DNA from: Candidatus Algichlamydia australiensis
Lineage (GTDB): Bacteria; Chlamydiota; Chlamydiia; Chlamydiales; JAJFMI01
Assembly (NCBI GenBank): GCA_033977065.1
Contig: JAXCHI010000001.1
Coordinates: forward strand, 23,403 to 87,402
Length of the DNA stretch: 64,000 nt
Direction: 5' to 3'
The notes under the pieces were generated by a model. It had not been told where the DNA came from and did no database searches. It worked only from the letters and a program-made list of their open reading frames with translations. The position numbers and the translations under genes are program-made. Below, piece after piece: positions 17,998-28,656 of this stretch; the stretch's first letter is position 1, and each line of letters starts with the position of its first letter.

Positions 17998-20019
17998 TTG
18001 AAATACTTTGGAAAAATCAAAATAGGGAACTTGATTGAATACCTGAAAATTCATCGAATTTCTGTAAGCTCAAGTTTAAGAGTAGAAGGAATAAAAGATA
18101 CTCTGTTTGCGTGGTTTCTCAATGCTGTTTCTATAGTATATTTTCAAAGCTCAAGTGAGTCAATTCCATACTCTGTAAATTTTGCAACACAATTTTTTTT
18201 CGCAACTGTGGTTATTTTGCTTATTTCTTTTTTCAGAAGCATATTCAAGTTCGGAAATCTGAGTGAAGTTTTGAAATTTTTGAAAATCAATCAAAAAAGC
18301 GAATTTATCAATGAAAAAGGGCACTTGCCACCTGAATCAAGAAAAAAATTAATAGTAACAAGAGCATTATTTGCCACTGTTGGCTACATTGCATACAGTC
18401 TTGCTAGAGTTCTCATTGGAGAAGTTGATAATTCCTCAATATACAGCGCCGATGCATTAGTTTATGCTGTCATGGCTACATGGATATTGAAAGAAAAATA
18501 CTCGAAGCAAGAATGGCTTGGAATAGTAGTTGCCTCTATGGGTGTGCTGTCAGTAATATTCTATGATTTTATTTTTAACAATTGGAGTTTGGCTCTTTCC
18601 GGTTCTGTATTTGGGGTTTTCTCCTCATTATCTTTCGTTATTATATTTTTCTTGACCTCTATTATTATTCAGCATGATCCGCCATTGAGGATTTCATTTT
18701 ATCAGTGTCTTATAGGTTTTTTTGTTTCGTTGCCTCTATTGCTCTACTCTTTAGTATTTGGGGATTTTTCAGGAATATCGAATTTGTGGGCAACTGGCCT
18801 TTTTCAGGCTGTTATCAATGGTGCCCTATATGGTATTTCATTGATTTTCTTTTTTCGTGCATTTCTCTTCACGGAGCCGATCATAATTGCTGTTCTAGGA
18901 CTATCCCTTTTTCCTTTTGTAAGTTTTCTTAGCTGGTTCTCTCAGAATCAAATTCCATCTAGTTTAGATTTTTTAAGCGCAGGATTAATCACTATTGGAG
19001 GAGTGATTTTAATTAGAGGAGAGTATAAAAGAGATAAGCAGTCACAGAATCTATATTCTGCTCCATCTTATCGGGGAAATATAAAAGATCACTTCAAACA
19101 ATTAAAAATAGAATATAACGAAGGGAAGATTGACAAATGGGATTACATGTCAGAAAGACACGAGTTTAATAAGTTATTATTTGAATTTTCTGAAGAGTTA
19201 ATTAAAACAGACATCAATGAAATTACAATAGATAGAAAAGGCGTTTTCTTTAGGTTTGATCCATTGAATATTGTACTCCAAAGTGATGGAGGATGTGGTA
19301 CTCCTCCTTTGACGGTCTTAAATTTTGGGGAGTACGAAAGAGAAGAATCGTACTGGATATATGAGTTAGTAACAGATGGAGATGTTATATTAGATTTAGG
19401 TGCCAACGTGGGGTGGTATAGTATTAACCTTTCTAAAAGATTTCCTAATTCAAAAATACTAGCTTTTGAGCCAATAGATGAAACATATGATTATTTATTA
19501 AAGAATATTTCACTCAATAAAATTGCTAACGTAAAGACTTTTAATTTTGGCCTATCAGATCAGGAAAAAATAGAATCGTTCTTTTATTTTAGGGGTGGTT
19601 CAGCAATTTCTTCGATAAAGAATTTAATAGATCATGCTGGATCAAGAAAGAAGAATTGTATAGTAAAAAAACTTGATGATGTCATTCAAAATGAAGAGCT
19701 AGATGAGGTTTCGTTCGTTAAGATGGATATAGAAGGAGCTGAACTATTGGCCTTAAAAGGTTCATTGTCAACTATAAATAAATATTATCCAATTATTTTC
19801 GCTGAATTGTATCAAGTGTGGTGTAGAAAATTTTTATATGACGCTAATGATGTGCTTAAAATTTTAAAAAGTTATGGCTATCAATGCTTCAATATAGTAG
19901 AAAAGAAGCTAGTTAAGACAAACAAAATTCCGTTTGAAAATGAGAATTATTATAATTATATTTTTCTACATGAAAAGAACCACTTAGATAAAATTAAAAA
20001 ATATATTGGAGAATCATAG
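17998..20019 (+). CDS. EamA/DMT transporter fused to FkbM-family SAM methyltransferase
   Basis: About 10 TM N-terminal half with ILKEKYSKQEWLGIVVASMGV (DMT signature). C-terminal half has ILDLGANVGWYS, LAFEP, FVKMDIEGAE (FkbM). No stop between the halves. Start codon uncertain. Confidence 0.85.
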   Translation: MKYFGKIKIGNLIEYLKIHRISVSSSLRVEGIKDTLFAWFLNAVSIVYFQSSSESIPYSVNFATQFFFATVVILLISFFRSIFKFGNLSEVLKFLKINQKSEFINEKGHLPPESRKKLIVTRALFATVGYIAYSLARVLIGEVDNSSIYSADALVYAVMATWILKEKYSKQEWLGIVVASMGVLSVIFYDFIFNNWSLALSGSVFGVFSSLSFVIIFFLTSIIIQHDPPLRISFYQCLIGFFVSLPLLLYSLVFGDFSGISNLWATGLFQAVINGALYGISLIFFFRAFLFTEPIIIAVLGLSLFPFVSFLSWFSQNQIPSSLDFLSAGLITIGGVILIRGEYKRDKQSQNLYSAPSYRGNIKDHFKQLKIEYNEGKIDKWDYMSERHEFNKLLFEFSEELIKTDINEITIDRKGVFFRFDPLNIVLQSDGGCGTPPLTVLNFGEYEREESYWIYELVTDGDVILDLGANVGWYSINLSKRFPNSKILAFEPIDETYDYLLKNISLNKIANVKTFNFGLSDQEKIESFFYFRGGSAISSIKNLIDHAGSRKKNCIVKKLDDVIQNEELDEVSFVKMDIEGAELLALKGSLSTINKYYPIIFAELYQVWCRKFLYDANDVLKILKSYGYQCFNIVEKKLVKTNKIPFENENYYNYIFLHEKNHLDKIKKYIGES

Positions 20020-20624
20020 TGGACGATATCGAAAGAATATATGAGTTTATAAAAACTTCAGAAAAACTCAAAAGCGAAATGCGACATAGTTGGGTCTCAT
20101 GTGGTAGAAATGAGAGTGTTGCTGAACATAGTTGGCGTACAAGCCTCATGGTAATGTTAATCTCTCCTTTTTTAAAAAACAAAATAAATACTGAAAGAGC
20201 TCTAAGATTGGCAATTATTCATGATATTGTTGAAATGATAACAGGTGATACGCCATATCACCAATTCGATTCATCAAATTATGGTAGACAACAAATAAAA
20301 CAATCAGAATTGGAAGGTGCTAAAAAAATAAAAAGTGTATTGCCAAATTTGGTTGGCAAAGAAATATTTGACCTTTGGTTTGAATTCGAAAATTTATCTA
20401 GTGAAGAAGCAAAATTTGTTAATGCTTTAGATAAACTTGAAGTCTGCATACAGCATGCACAGTCGGACTGCAGCACCTGGCTTGAGTCTGAAAGAGAAAG
20501 CATTTCACCTTTTATAAATTATTTGAAGGGTAATTGTGATTCTGAATTGATCCTGAAAACATTAGAAAAATTAGTAATCAGTGATTTGAAAACAAAGCAC
20601 GCTTCGGAAATAAAATTTAAATAG
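20019..20624 (+). CDS. HD-domain phosphohydrolase (HDDC2/YfbR-like nucleotidase)
   Basis: RHSW...ESVAEHSWR...IHDIVEMITGD...EAKFVNALDKLE; start overlaps the upstream stop. Confidence 0.88.
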   Translation: MDDIERIYEFIKTSEKLKSEMRHSWVSCGRNESVAEHSWRTSLMVMLISPFLKNKINTERALRLAIIHDIVEMITGDTPYHQFDSSNYGRQQIKQSELEGAKKIKSVLPNLVGKEIFDLWFEFENLSSEEAKFVNALDKLEVCIQHAQSDCSTWLESERESISPFINYLKGNCDSELILKTLEKLVISDLKTKHASEIKFK

Positions 20625-21291
20625 TTCCAAGGTTATTTTTAAGCAGATACAATCTGTTATCAAATTCTGACTCGTTATTTATTATTTTCCACAGTTTCCA
20701 ATTATAAAGGTATGAATCGAATAGATGTTCAAGTAATTCGTAATTCCCTTTATTCGAAAACGCAATAATTATCTCAGTTTCTTTATGAGAATAATACTTT
20801 GCCTGGGCAAGAAATTTACGCACACTTTTAAAAGAGGGGTCGTAAAAGGCATAGGCTAGAGGGACTTCAATTTCAACCATATCATCGTGGAATGGAATAT
20901 TAAAAACAATGACATCAAACAATTGCTTCGGAACACTGTCAAAACAATTACTGCGTAGCACTTCCCCATCAAGGCCATGAGTTTGTAAATTAGCCTCGGC
21001 ATTTTTCACTGCAATTCTATTTATATCTACGAACGTTGCTGACAGAGCCTTATTGAGCAAACTATGAATTCCAACAACTCCAATCCCACAACCCATATCA
21101 CAAACCGCCTTACCCTTTAAGGGCGGAAGAGAAGTAAGTAGAAAGTCAGTGGTTCGAAACCTTTCGCTTGGATAAACACCGGGGAACACTTGAAATTCTA
21201 ACTCTAAAATTTTTACTTTTCGTATGTTTTCGCATTTTAAAATATCATCTACTATCCCGTGTGGATCCAACTTGAAATACGGAATTGCCAT
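20617..21291 (-). CDS. Class I SAM-dependent methyltransferase (HemK/MTS-like)
   Basis: VFPGVYP, CDMGCGIG, VDIN, FDVIVFNIPF (NPPF-like). Confidence 0.85.
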   Translation of the reverse strand: MAIPYFKLDPHGIVDDILKCENIRKVKILELEFQVFPGVYPSERFRTTDFLLTSLPPLKGKAVCDMGCGIGVVGIHSLLNKALSATFVDINRIAVKNAEANLQTHGLDGEVLRSNCFDSVPKQLFDVIVFNIPFHDDMVEIEVPLAYAFYDPSFKSVRKFLAQAKYYSHKETEIIIAFSNKGNYELLEHLFDSYLYNWKLWKIINNESEFDNRLYLLKNNLGTI

Positions 21292-21526
21292 TTTTCACCC
21301 CCAAAATTATGCCTTACTGCATTAAATTACCACGATTTTACCAGCATCTAACATTAAAGAAAACATTAAAAATGACATGAAAAATTAGCATTTTAATAGT
21401 ATTTTAAAAAATACTCATACGAATATTTAATCTTCTTATTTCTATTTTGTTACAACCGTTATTGTTTTATTTTGAAATATGTTCTTTTCTAAATAAATAG
21501 TTTATGATATCATGGACCCATAAAAT

Positions 21527-23023
21527 ATGGGAAGCGAACAAATGAGTGGTGAAAATAGGTCTTTATTAACAACTGCAGAGACAGATTCAAATATTTTAAA
21601 CTATTTCGTAAATAGTACGATAAATAACTCTAATCCAATTGAATCAAGACAAAAAAAAATTACAAGAGTTGCAGCTCAAATTGGGGCTTCAACATTTTTG
21701 GCTCTTTCTAGCATACCGTTTATTAGGCCATCCTTAGAATTTGCAGGAGACGCAACACCGCTAAATATAGCTTTAGGGTGGTACTTAGTGGGTTGTAATC
21801 TGACTTCTTTTGGAATTTTAGATGCGTATAGCATATCCAATATGATTGGTGAATATATCCGTCCTTTATCTTCTGATGAAGTAGAAATGTTTTCTGTATC
21901 AACAAACAGACGCGTTGATCTTCTATTGAGAATAGGCTCTGTTAGTACAGCATGCATTCTTAGCATACCCAGAGCATATGTTGGTTATGAATATAATAAT
22001 GATAGCGCTCTTTTTGCTATTTTAGCAGCATCAGGTTCTATACCAATCCCTTCATATTCTACTTACCTCACTCTAAACCATATTAAAAGCAATGCTTTTT
22101 TAACTGGTGTTGAATCTAGATTACAGGAATCTAAAGCTGAAGTTATTAATCAGATAAACTCGTTTTGTGCTTCTTTGCCTTTGCAAACGGAAGAGGAATT
22201 AAAAGAAGTACTTAGTGAGTTCAATGCTTTGCAACAGGTGGAAAGTACTAGTCAAAAAGTATCAAGGCTTTTTCAAATATTACAAAACAATACTCAATCT
22301 TCTAAAGATTATTCAAATGAAAAATTAATAAAACTAGGTAAATATAGTGTTAAGGTAGTGTCATGTGGATTATCTCTTTCAGTAATTGGTTATTTAGGGG
22401 TTGTTAGTTACAATTTTGTTGAATCAATATCAGATAGTACAATTTGTGGTGTTGCCAGTGGAACCATAGTTTCTGCTTGCAGTAGTTATTTAACAACTAA
22501 GTTATTATTGAACGCATCTACATCTTATTATTCTTCAGCCGTAAATTTGTTTCGTTGTAGTACAAAAAAAACATGGGGTCTAAGGAACAATAAAAAAATT
22601 ACTATTGCTAGTAAACTGATTGCGAGTATTATAAATGCTTTTGCTTTTGCTCCAACTCTTCAAGTAATTAGTGATAATTTTTCGGGTTTTTCTCGAACTT
22701 ACATGTACTCTACAGTACCTTTATCTTTTTATATAATTTGTTCGCACCTAAGTTTGATGTTAGTTGATGAAGCTATGGAGCAATACTCATACCACATGAA
22801 TACAGATGCTATAAGTGAAATTATAAATTTTAAGAAAAGACTTGTCAAATTTGCTAATGTGGTAGACAAATCTCCTCTTATTGAATATGCTAAATTTATC
22901 AAAATTTTATCAGAAAATGAGATGTCTGAACTAGGTAATAGAATATTATTAACTCAAGGTGCTTTGGATTACTACTTGTCTAAAAAAACTGAGACCTTTG
23001 CTTTAGCAGATAGCGATGTCTGA
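21527..23023 (+). CDS. Hypothetical multi-pass membrane protein (possible effector)
   Basis: 498 aa; two clusters of hydrophobic helices around a soluble helical linker. Confidence 0.6.
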   Translation: MGSEQMSGENRSLLTTAETDSNILNYFVNSTINNSNPIESRQKKITRVAAQIGASTFLALSSIPFIRPSLEFAGDATPLNIALGWYLVGCNLTSFGILDAYSISNMIGEYIRPLSSDEVEMFSVSTNRRVDLLLRIGSVSTACILSIPRAYVGYEYNNDSALFAILAASGSIPIPSYSTYLTLNHIKSNAFLTGVESRLQESKAEVINQINSFCASLPLQTEEELKEVLSEFNALQQVESTSQKVSRLFQILQNNTQSSKDYSNEKLIKLGKYSVKVVSCGLSLSVIGYLGVVSYNFVESISDSTICGVASGTIVSACSSYLTTKLLLNASTSYYSSAVNLFRCSTKKTWGLRNNKKITIASKLIASIINAFAFAPTLQVISDNFSGFSRTYMYSTVPLSFYIICSHLSLMLVDEAMEQYSYHMNTDAISEIINFKKRLVKFANVVDKSPLIEYAKFIKILSENEMSELGNRILLTQGALDYYLSKKTETFALADSDV

Positions 23024-23149
23024 ATTTTTGAAAAATATATAGATCAATTAAAGTCATAAAATTTTCCTTAGTAATATTTTTTCAACCAATCTGATCAGTT
23101 TTTTAGTTTCTGATGAATCCATATTTTACCATATCTTTTCTAACTCCTT

Positions 23150-23452
23150 TTAACTGTACCGGCTAGAAAATGCATCAAGTACAGACTCAACCTGAAGACC
23201 AAACTCATTTGGTTCGTCATGTGCATCAATGCCTTTGCTAGTAAATAAATTCATCAATTCGTCAATAATTAGGTCAGCTTGTTGCTCCGTAAGGGTTACA
23301 TTGTAAATAGATTTGCTTCCATTATAAACATGATTAGAAAATAAGTTGTTGATTTTTTTTCTAACCGCTTCGTTTTCAACATTCTCTATGAGAAAAATTA
23401 GCTCTGTTCTAGTTAGCTTATATTTTTTTTCGTCCATAGCAAGCACCTTCAC
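23150..23452 (-). CDS. Putative immunity protein for the Rhs toxin
   Basis: Small acidic ORF overlapping the Rhs stop; ...GIDAHDEPNEFGLQVESVLDAF. Confidence 0.65.
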   Translation of the reverse strand: MKVLAMDEKKYKLTRTELIFLIENVENEAVRKKINNLFSNHVYNGSKSIYNVTLTEQQADLIIDELMNLFTSKGIDAHDEPNEFGLQVESVLDAFSSRYS

Positions 23453-26400
23453 TTGTTTATAAGAGTTTCTCTAGTTTGAACAACTCCACTTCGATTCCAA
23501 ACCTGTACACCTCTGGCTTTTCCAAAAGCTGTAATAATTTTTCCTTCAGAGTTGAGTACTACAGTAGCTTCTTTTCCGACGTATCTTACTGCTTTATCAC
23601 TTTGGAATACAATTTTTTTTGGAAATTGTACAGCATCTAAAATTGCTTTTGCATTAACTCCTCTTCCCCCATCTCTACCTATAGCTTGATTTAATCCATG
23701 TTTTTTATAACCTGTAATTTTGTTAGAAATACAACTCTTTTCATGAATATAGATCGAAGGTGTTTGTCCAATAGGTGATCTTGCGTATGTTGCGGCCATG
23801 ACCGGAACTGATCGAGATCCAGCTAGGAGAACTTGAGTCCCTCCTGCAGTAAAGGCTACTGTAGTCAGGTCGTCTATGAATGCTGCTGCGTTGGGGTCAA
23901 TTCCTGACATCTCCATGAGCTGACAACTTCCAGTTCTCATTCTCTGATTATATGCTATTGTCGAGATGCCAGAAAATGCTTGATCTAGTCCATGCATTAA
24001 TATGGGCCATCCTACAACTGATCCAGCACCCAAAGTTTTTAGGATAATTGATCCACCTATCCAAGCTTCGAAACAACCACTTGCAAATTTCATGCTCCCT
24101 TGAACAAAAGGGCTTCCTATAGCGTTACCTACTTTCTGAGCAAAAGTGAGGTTGGAATTTGCATGAAACCAGTCTTCTTTTTTTCCAATTGGAGGCAAGG
24201 GGGAGAAGTAATTGAAATGTGGAGAATAGGTGTTGAGATATACGAGTGCTTCTGAAGTTTGTGCAGTGCTGCGAATTTTGTCTTCGAGGCCATAGAAGTC
24301 AAAGTGAGTCAAAGGATTATTGTTAAGGTAGGCGTAGAGATTGGGGCCTTCGGTGTAGCTTTTGGGATCGGGTGTAAGAAAGCGACCGAGGGTGGGTGAG
24401 TAGTAACGACGGCCAAAGTAGACGAGGTTGTGGTCGGTGCGTTTCGATTGGTAGCGCCAGGGGTTGTGGGTCGTTGTGGTTTGTTCTTCACCAAAGGCAG
24501 TGAAATAATAGCTTTCTAAAGGTTGCTTAGTGTGGATGTCAATAAGGGTTGTAATGTCACCTGTGAGGCTGTGGAGGGGGAGGTAGGTTTGGTGATTAAG
24601 TTCGATGAGGATGGAGGCGCCGATTTCGGCGCCGTGACCTAGGCCTAGGATGCGGAGCTGGGTTATGGTGCCGTTTTCTACAAGGCCAATTTCATTATCT
24701 CCATCGTAGATGTAGTATTGTGGGGGGTGTTCTATCCATTCGTTGTTTTGTTTGTGGGAGGTTTGTTGGGAGGTGCGACGGTGCCACGGGTCGTAGGTAT
24801 AGGTTGTTTTTGTTATTGGGGTTTTGATTTGGATGAGACGATCTAAGGCATCGTATTTATACTTAATATTAGTTGAATTGGTTTCTGCACTTGTGGGGTT
24901 TCCGTTTGGATCGTATTCAAAGTTAAAGTCATCGGTAGTTGAGATTTGGTTTAAAGATGTAATTTCATACGAGTCGTCATTTTTTGAGAGGCGGTTGTGG
25001 AGGGAGTCATAGGTGTATTGGTCTTTGTTTTCTTGTGTGAGTTGATTGAGGTCGTTGTAGGTGTAGGTAGTGGTTTGGTTGTCTAGGATGCGGCTAGTGA
25101 GGTTACCGGCTTTATCAAAGCTTTTATGGGCTTCTTTTTGGTAGGGGCTTTTGCGCTTTATTTCACAATTTAAGAGGTCATAGGTATGGGTTTGGGTTCC
25201 AAGGTTTGCAATGAGGGTTTCGGTTTGGGGTGTGTGGTGTTCATTGTATTGGGTGTAGGTGTGGGTGTAGCTATTGAAGGTGATGGAGGTGAGGTGGTAG
25301 GGATCATAGGTGTAGGTAGCAGTCCGGTTATCAGGGAAAGTTAAGGTTTTACGGCGATTATCAGCCGAATAAGATGAGGTTAAGGTAAGCCCGTTATTAA
25401 GTGTTTCTGTCAGGAGGTTGTCATAGGAGTCGTAGGTACGGGTTGTTGTTGTGTTGTGGGTGTGGTCGTTAGCTTTGATGCAACGATCAAGGTTGTCATA
25501 GGTAAAGGTATAGTGAAGGTTTGGAGCAGTAGTATCTATGTGGCGACCTTTTTCATCGTAGGTTTTTTCGATGAGGGTACCGTCAGGTTTTGTTATGGTT
25601 TGTTCTTGTCCATCGGGTGTGTAGGTGTAAATGGTTGTTTTTTCTCCAGACTCTGTTTGGGATGTGAGTCTGTTCATTTTGTCATAGGTATAAGCGAGGG
25701 TAGTTGTGCGGGCGGGACCGTTGGGATCGAAGATGGTGATGGTGTGTGTGAGGAGGTTGCCTGAGGAATCTCTTTCGTAGTGTTCTTTGTGGAGGGGGGT
25801 GCCTGTTTTGGAAAGGTGTGTTGTTGCAAGGAGCTGGCCGTGGCTGTTGTAGGTCTGTTCTAGTTGGCGGTTTTCTGGGTCTAGGGTGGTTTTAGTGAGT
25901 TGGTTGTAGGTGATGGTTGTGGTGTGGCCAAGAGGATTAGTGTGTGAGGTTAGGCGGTTTAAAGGGTCGTATTCGTAGATGTCTGTAGAGTCGCCTTTTG
26001 TGATGGTGTTGGCGTTGCCATGAGCATCGTAGGTGTAGGTAGTTTCGCTGTAAATGGTGGGGTTTTCAGCTAAATCTATCTCGCTCTCTGCAAGGATTTG
26101 GTTTTGGGAGTCGTAGGTGTAGAGGGTGCGCTGTTCGTTTTGGGTTTTTGTTTCGATTCGAGAGAGGGTGTCATAGGTGTAGGTGGTGGTTTGATCAAGA
26201 AAGGTCTCTTGGGTGAGGCGGCCGGCTGGGTCGTAGGTGTAGGTAGTGAGGCGGTTTCCTTGGTCGAGGTGGCTGAGTTTATGAAAGCTGTTGTAAGTGG
26301 TGCTCTCTTCTGAAAGGAGTTTATTTGTGGACGAAAGGAGTTTTTTGGTTAGGGGGCGGTTTGCGTAATCGTAGGTGGTGTAGATTTGACGTGAACATTT

Positions 26401-28656
26401 ATCTACCTGTTTGATCAAGTTTCCGGCGGGATCGTAGGTAAAGGTTTCAGTTGTTTGATCGGGATAGGTTGTTTGGATGATTTGGTTGCGAACGTTGTAG
26501 TGATGGGTTGTGCGGTTTCCTCTTGGATCGATGATTTCAATTGGGTTATTTAAGCTATCGTAGGTGGTTTTTGTGGTGGCGATTTCGTTGCTTTCTAGTG
26601 TGAGGTTGCTGCGTGTGTCGTATTGGTATTGAGTCGTGAGGCCGTAGGGGTCTGTTGTTGTGATTCGTTGGCCTAATGGATTGTAGGTATGCTGGGTTGT
26701 ATGGGAGATGTTTGGGGCCCCGGTTTGTGTTTCAGTGAGAAGGTTGCTTTCTTGATCGTAGGTGTATTGGGTGGTGAGGTTTTTGGCGGGCTCGCTTTTG
26801 GTTATGCACTGATCAAGGGTGCTGTAGGTGTAGCTGGTCATTTCGCCAAGTGGATTGGTTTCTTGGATGAGGTTGCCGTGGAGGTCGTAGGTATAGGTTA
26901 GGGTATAGCAGAGGGTGTTATTCGCGTCGAATATCTCTTTGGTTTCAACTTTGCATTGCTGGTTATAGGTGAGTTGGGTTGTTTTTAGGGTCTTCTCTTT
27001 AGAGGATTTGGGGTCCCAGTAGCTCTCTCGGATTTTGATGGGCAGGTGTGTGGCGGGGCCTTCTTGGGCGAGTTCGTAGCGTGTGATGGTGCGTTCTGTA
27101 ACGCTTTCTAAGTCCGTGGGATCTTCGCTGTTGCCATCATCGAGAATTTTTTCATTTAGGTTGTTGTATTCATCGTATGAAAAGAATTCACGAGTAACGA
27201 TTTGTCCTTCGTTTGAGGTAAGTTTTGATGTGGGAAGGTTTGTCTTTTTATAATAAGTAATTTTTGTGGTTTTTCCAGAGGGTTCTTGGATGAGGATGGG
27301 GAAATTTTCGTAGTTGTATTCGTAGGTTGTGGTAGTAGAGGGACCGCTAATTGGGAGTTCGTTTTTATCTAATTCGATAGGCGATGGGTCGTTTCCAGAT
27401 AGGTTGCCCCAGAGGGTTTCTGTGGAGATGTTGTGGTGGTGGTCGTAGGTGTATGTGATGGCTTTGATACAGTTGCCATTAGGATCGAATGTGAGGATAG
27501 CAAGGAGGTTACCGAGTACTGTGTTGCGCGTTCCGTAAATGTAGCGCGTTTCGCTAGCATCGGGATGGACAATTTTGTAGGGGCGGTTATTACCTCTTGG
27601 CTGGTAGGAGGTTGTGTTACCCAAACAGTCAGTTACAAGGGTTTGCTTGGGATTTTTCCCTGCTTTTTGCTTGTATTTGAATGTGTAGATGGGGGCGCTT
27701 GATGCTGATGTGTAGAGCTCTTGCACTTTGTCAAATGCAAGTTTTGCGTGTGTAAGCGGTCCCTGATTGGTCAGCTGTCTTGTAATGCTGTGTGGGGTTG
27801 TGATGGCGATCTCTTCAGGAGTGTGTTCTGAGACAGCTCTGGTGAGTGTTCCGTTATTAAAGTAGTAGGTAATGCTCTGCCCATTGCTCGTTTCTATGGT
27901 TTTGATACCTGGTCTGTTACTGATCGTAATCCAGCCATATTCGATTTTTTTATTTTCTTTATCGTTAGTGCCTGTAATTAAAATTTTTCGTAAATGACTC
28001 TTGCTATCATATTCGTAGAAGATTTTATTCCCATTAGGAAGTATTTCTTCCTTTAACAAAAAGAGTTTACCAGCAGCGATGCGTTTATTTGGCAGGTCTA
28101 CTCTTGAAGATCTCTTTTTGCTGATTTTAGTGCAGTTGTAGATTCTCTTTGTCCCATCTCCAAAGGAAATTTCATAAGATTTTTTCTTTTTGTTGTATTG
28201 ACCTTTGATGTTTCTAGTATTTGTTTGGCCGCTAATCACTCCTCTGTGGGTGTTGACTAGGTGGGCGGTGTGGGTTTTGTAGTCGAGCATATAGGATGAC
28301 CTATCACTCTCTATGGGTCTGAGTTTGATCGGAAGTCCTAGCTCATCTTTAAAGTGCAGCTTTTTTTGTCTCACTTTTTTCTTTTGCCTGCCGTCTTTGT
28401 TGATGACTCCCACTTTTTGTATCTCTTCAAGTCTTACATGGGGGAAAAACTTCCAATCTGTTTGGGATGTGTAGATTCGTGTGATGGGATAAGGTTGAGC
28501 GCAATTGAGAATCAGATCAGTTTCAACAGCAAAGTATTCGCCTGTGATCGCGTTAACGCAGCCAGCTACGGTGAAATTGGGATCGTTGTCGAGAGGAGTG
28601 TCGACTGTTGAGAAAAGGGTCGTTAGAATTAGGGCAAAAATAGAGAGTATTTTCAT
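23449..28656 (-). CDS. Rhs/YD-repeat polymorphic toxin with signal peptide; C-terminal colicin E5/BECR-like RNase candidate
   Basis: VNAITGEY, many YTYD repeats, Rhs core (YFGRRYYSPTLGRFLTPDP...NLYAYLNNNPLTHFDFYGL). C-terminus KHGLNQAIGR...ATVVLNSEGKIITAF. Confidence 0.92.
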   Translation of the reverse strand: MKILSIFALILTTLFSTVDTPLDNDPNFTVAGCVNAITGEYFAVETDLILNCAQPYPITRIYTSQTDWKFFPHVRLEEIQKVGVINKDGRQKKKVRQKKLHFKDELGLPIKLRPIESDRSSYMLDYKTHTAHLVNTHRGVISGQTNTRNIKGQYNKKKKSYEISFGDGTKRIYNCTKISKKRSSRVDLPNKRIAAGKLFLLKEEILPNGNKIFYEYDSKSHLRKILITGTNDKENKKIEYGWITISNRPGIKTIETSNGQSITYYFNNGTLTRAVSEHTPEEIAITTPHSITRQLTNQGPLTHAKLAFDKVQELYTSASSAPIYTFKYKQKAGKNPKQTLVTDCLGNTTSYQPRGNNRPYKIVHPDASETRYIYGTRNTVLGNLLAILTFDPNGNCIKAITYTYDHHHNISTETLWGNLSGNDPSPIELDKNELPISGPSTTTTYEYNYENFPILIQEPSGKTTKITYYKKTNLPTSKLTSNEGQIVTREFFSYDEYNNLNEKILDDGNSEDPTDLESVTERTITRYELAQEGPATHLPIKIRESYWDPKSSKEKTLKTTQLTYNQQCKVETKEIFDANNTLCYTLTYTYDLHGNLIQETNPLGEMTSYTYSTLDQCITKSEPAKNLTTQYTYDQESNLLTETQTGAPNISHTTQHTYNPLGQRITTTDPYGLTTQYQYDTRSNLTLESNEIATTKTTYDSLNNPIEIIDPRGNRTTHHYNVRNQIIQTTYPDQTTETFTYDPAGNLIKQVDKCSRQIYTTYDYANRPLTKKLLSSTNKLLSEESTTYNSFHKLSHLDQGNRLTTYTYDPAGRLTQETFLDQTTTYTYDTLSRIETKTQNEQRTLYTYDSQNQILAESEIDLAENPTIYSETTYTYDAHGNANTITKGDSTDIYEYDPLNRLTSHTNPLGHTTTITYNQLTKTTLDPENRQLEQTYNSHGQLLATTHLSKTGTPLHKEHYERDSSGNLLTHTITIFDPNGPARTTTLAYTYDKMNRLTSQTESGEKTTIYTYTPDGQEQTITKPDGTLIEKTYDEKGRHIDTTAPNLHYTFTYDNLDRCIKANDHTHNTTTTRTYDSYDNLLTETLNNGLTLTSSYSADNRRKTLTFPDNRTATYTYDPYHLTSITFNSYTHTYTQYNEHHTPQTETLIANLGTQTHTYDLLNCEIKRKSPYQKEAHKSFDKAGNLTSRILDNQTTTYTYNDLNQLTQENKDQYTYDSLHNRLSKNDDSYEITSLNQISTTDDFNFEYDPNGNPTSAETNSTNIKYKYDALDRLIQIKTPITKTTYTYDPWHRRTSQQTSHKQNNEWIEHPPQYYIYDGDNEIGLVENGTITQLRILGLGHGAEIGASILIELNHQTYLPLHSLTGDITTLIDIHTKQPLESYYFTAFGEEQTTTTHNPWRYQSKRTDHNLVYFGRRYYSPTLGRFLTPDPKSYTEGPNLYAYLNNNPLTHFDFYGLEDKIRSTAQTSEALVYLNTYSPHFNYFSPLPPIGKKEDWFHANSNLTFAQKVGNAIGSPFVQGSMKFASGCFEAWIGGSIILKTLGAGSVVGWPILMHGLDQAFSGISTIAYNQRMRTGSCQLMEMSGIDPNAAAFIDDLTTVAFTAGGTQVLLAGSRSVPVMAATYARSPIGQTPSIYIHEKSCISNKITGYKKHGLNQAIGRDGGRGVNAKAILDAVQFPKKIVFQSDKAVRYVGKEATVVLNSEGKIITAFGKARGVQVWNRSGVVQTRETLINK

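Noticed and set aside
14948..21291. Restriction-modification system (C protein + methyltransferases)
   Set aside because: The methyltransferases are FkbM and HemK-like rather than DNA MTases, and no restriction endonuclease is adjacent.
24309..28611. Plus-strand and alternate-frame ORFs within the Rhs gene
   Set aside because: Shadow ORFs produced by the strongly biased codon composition.
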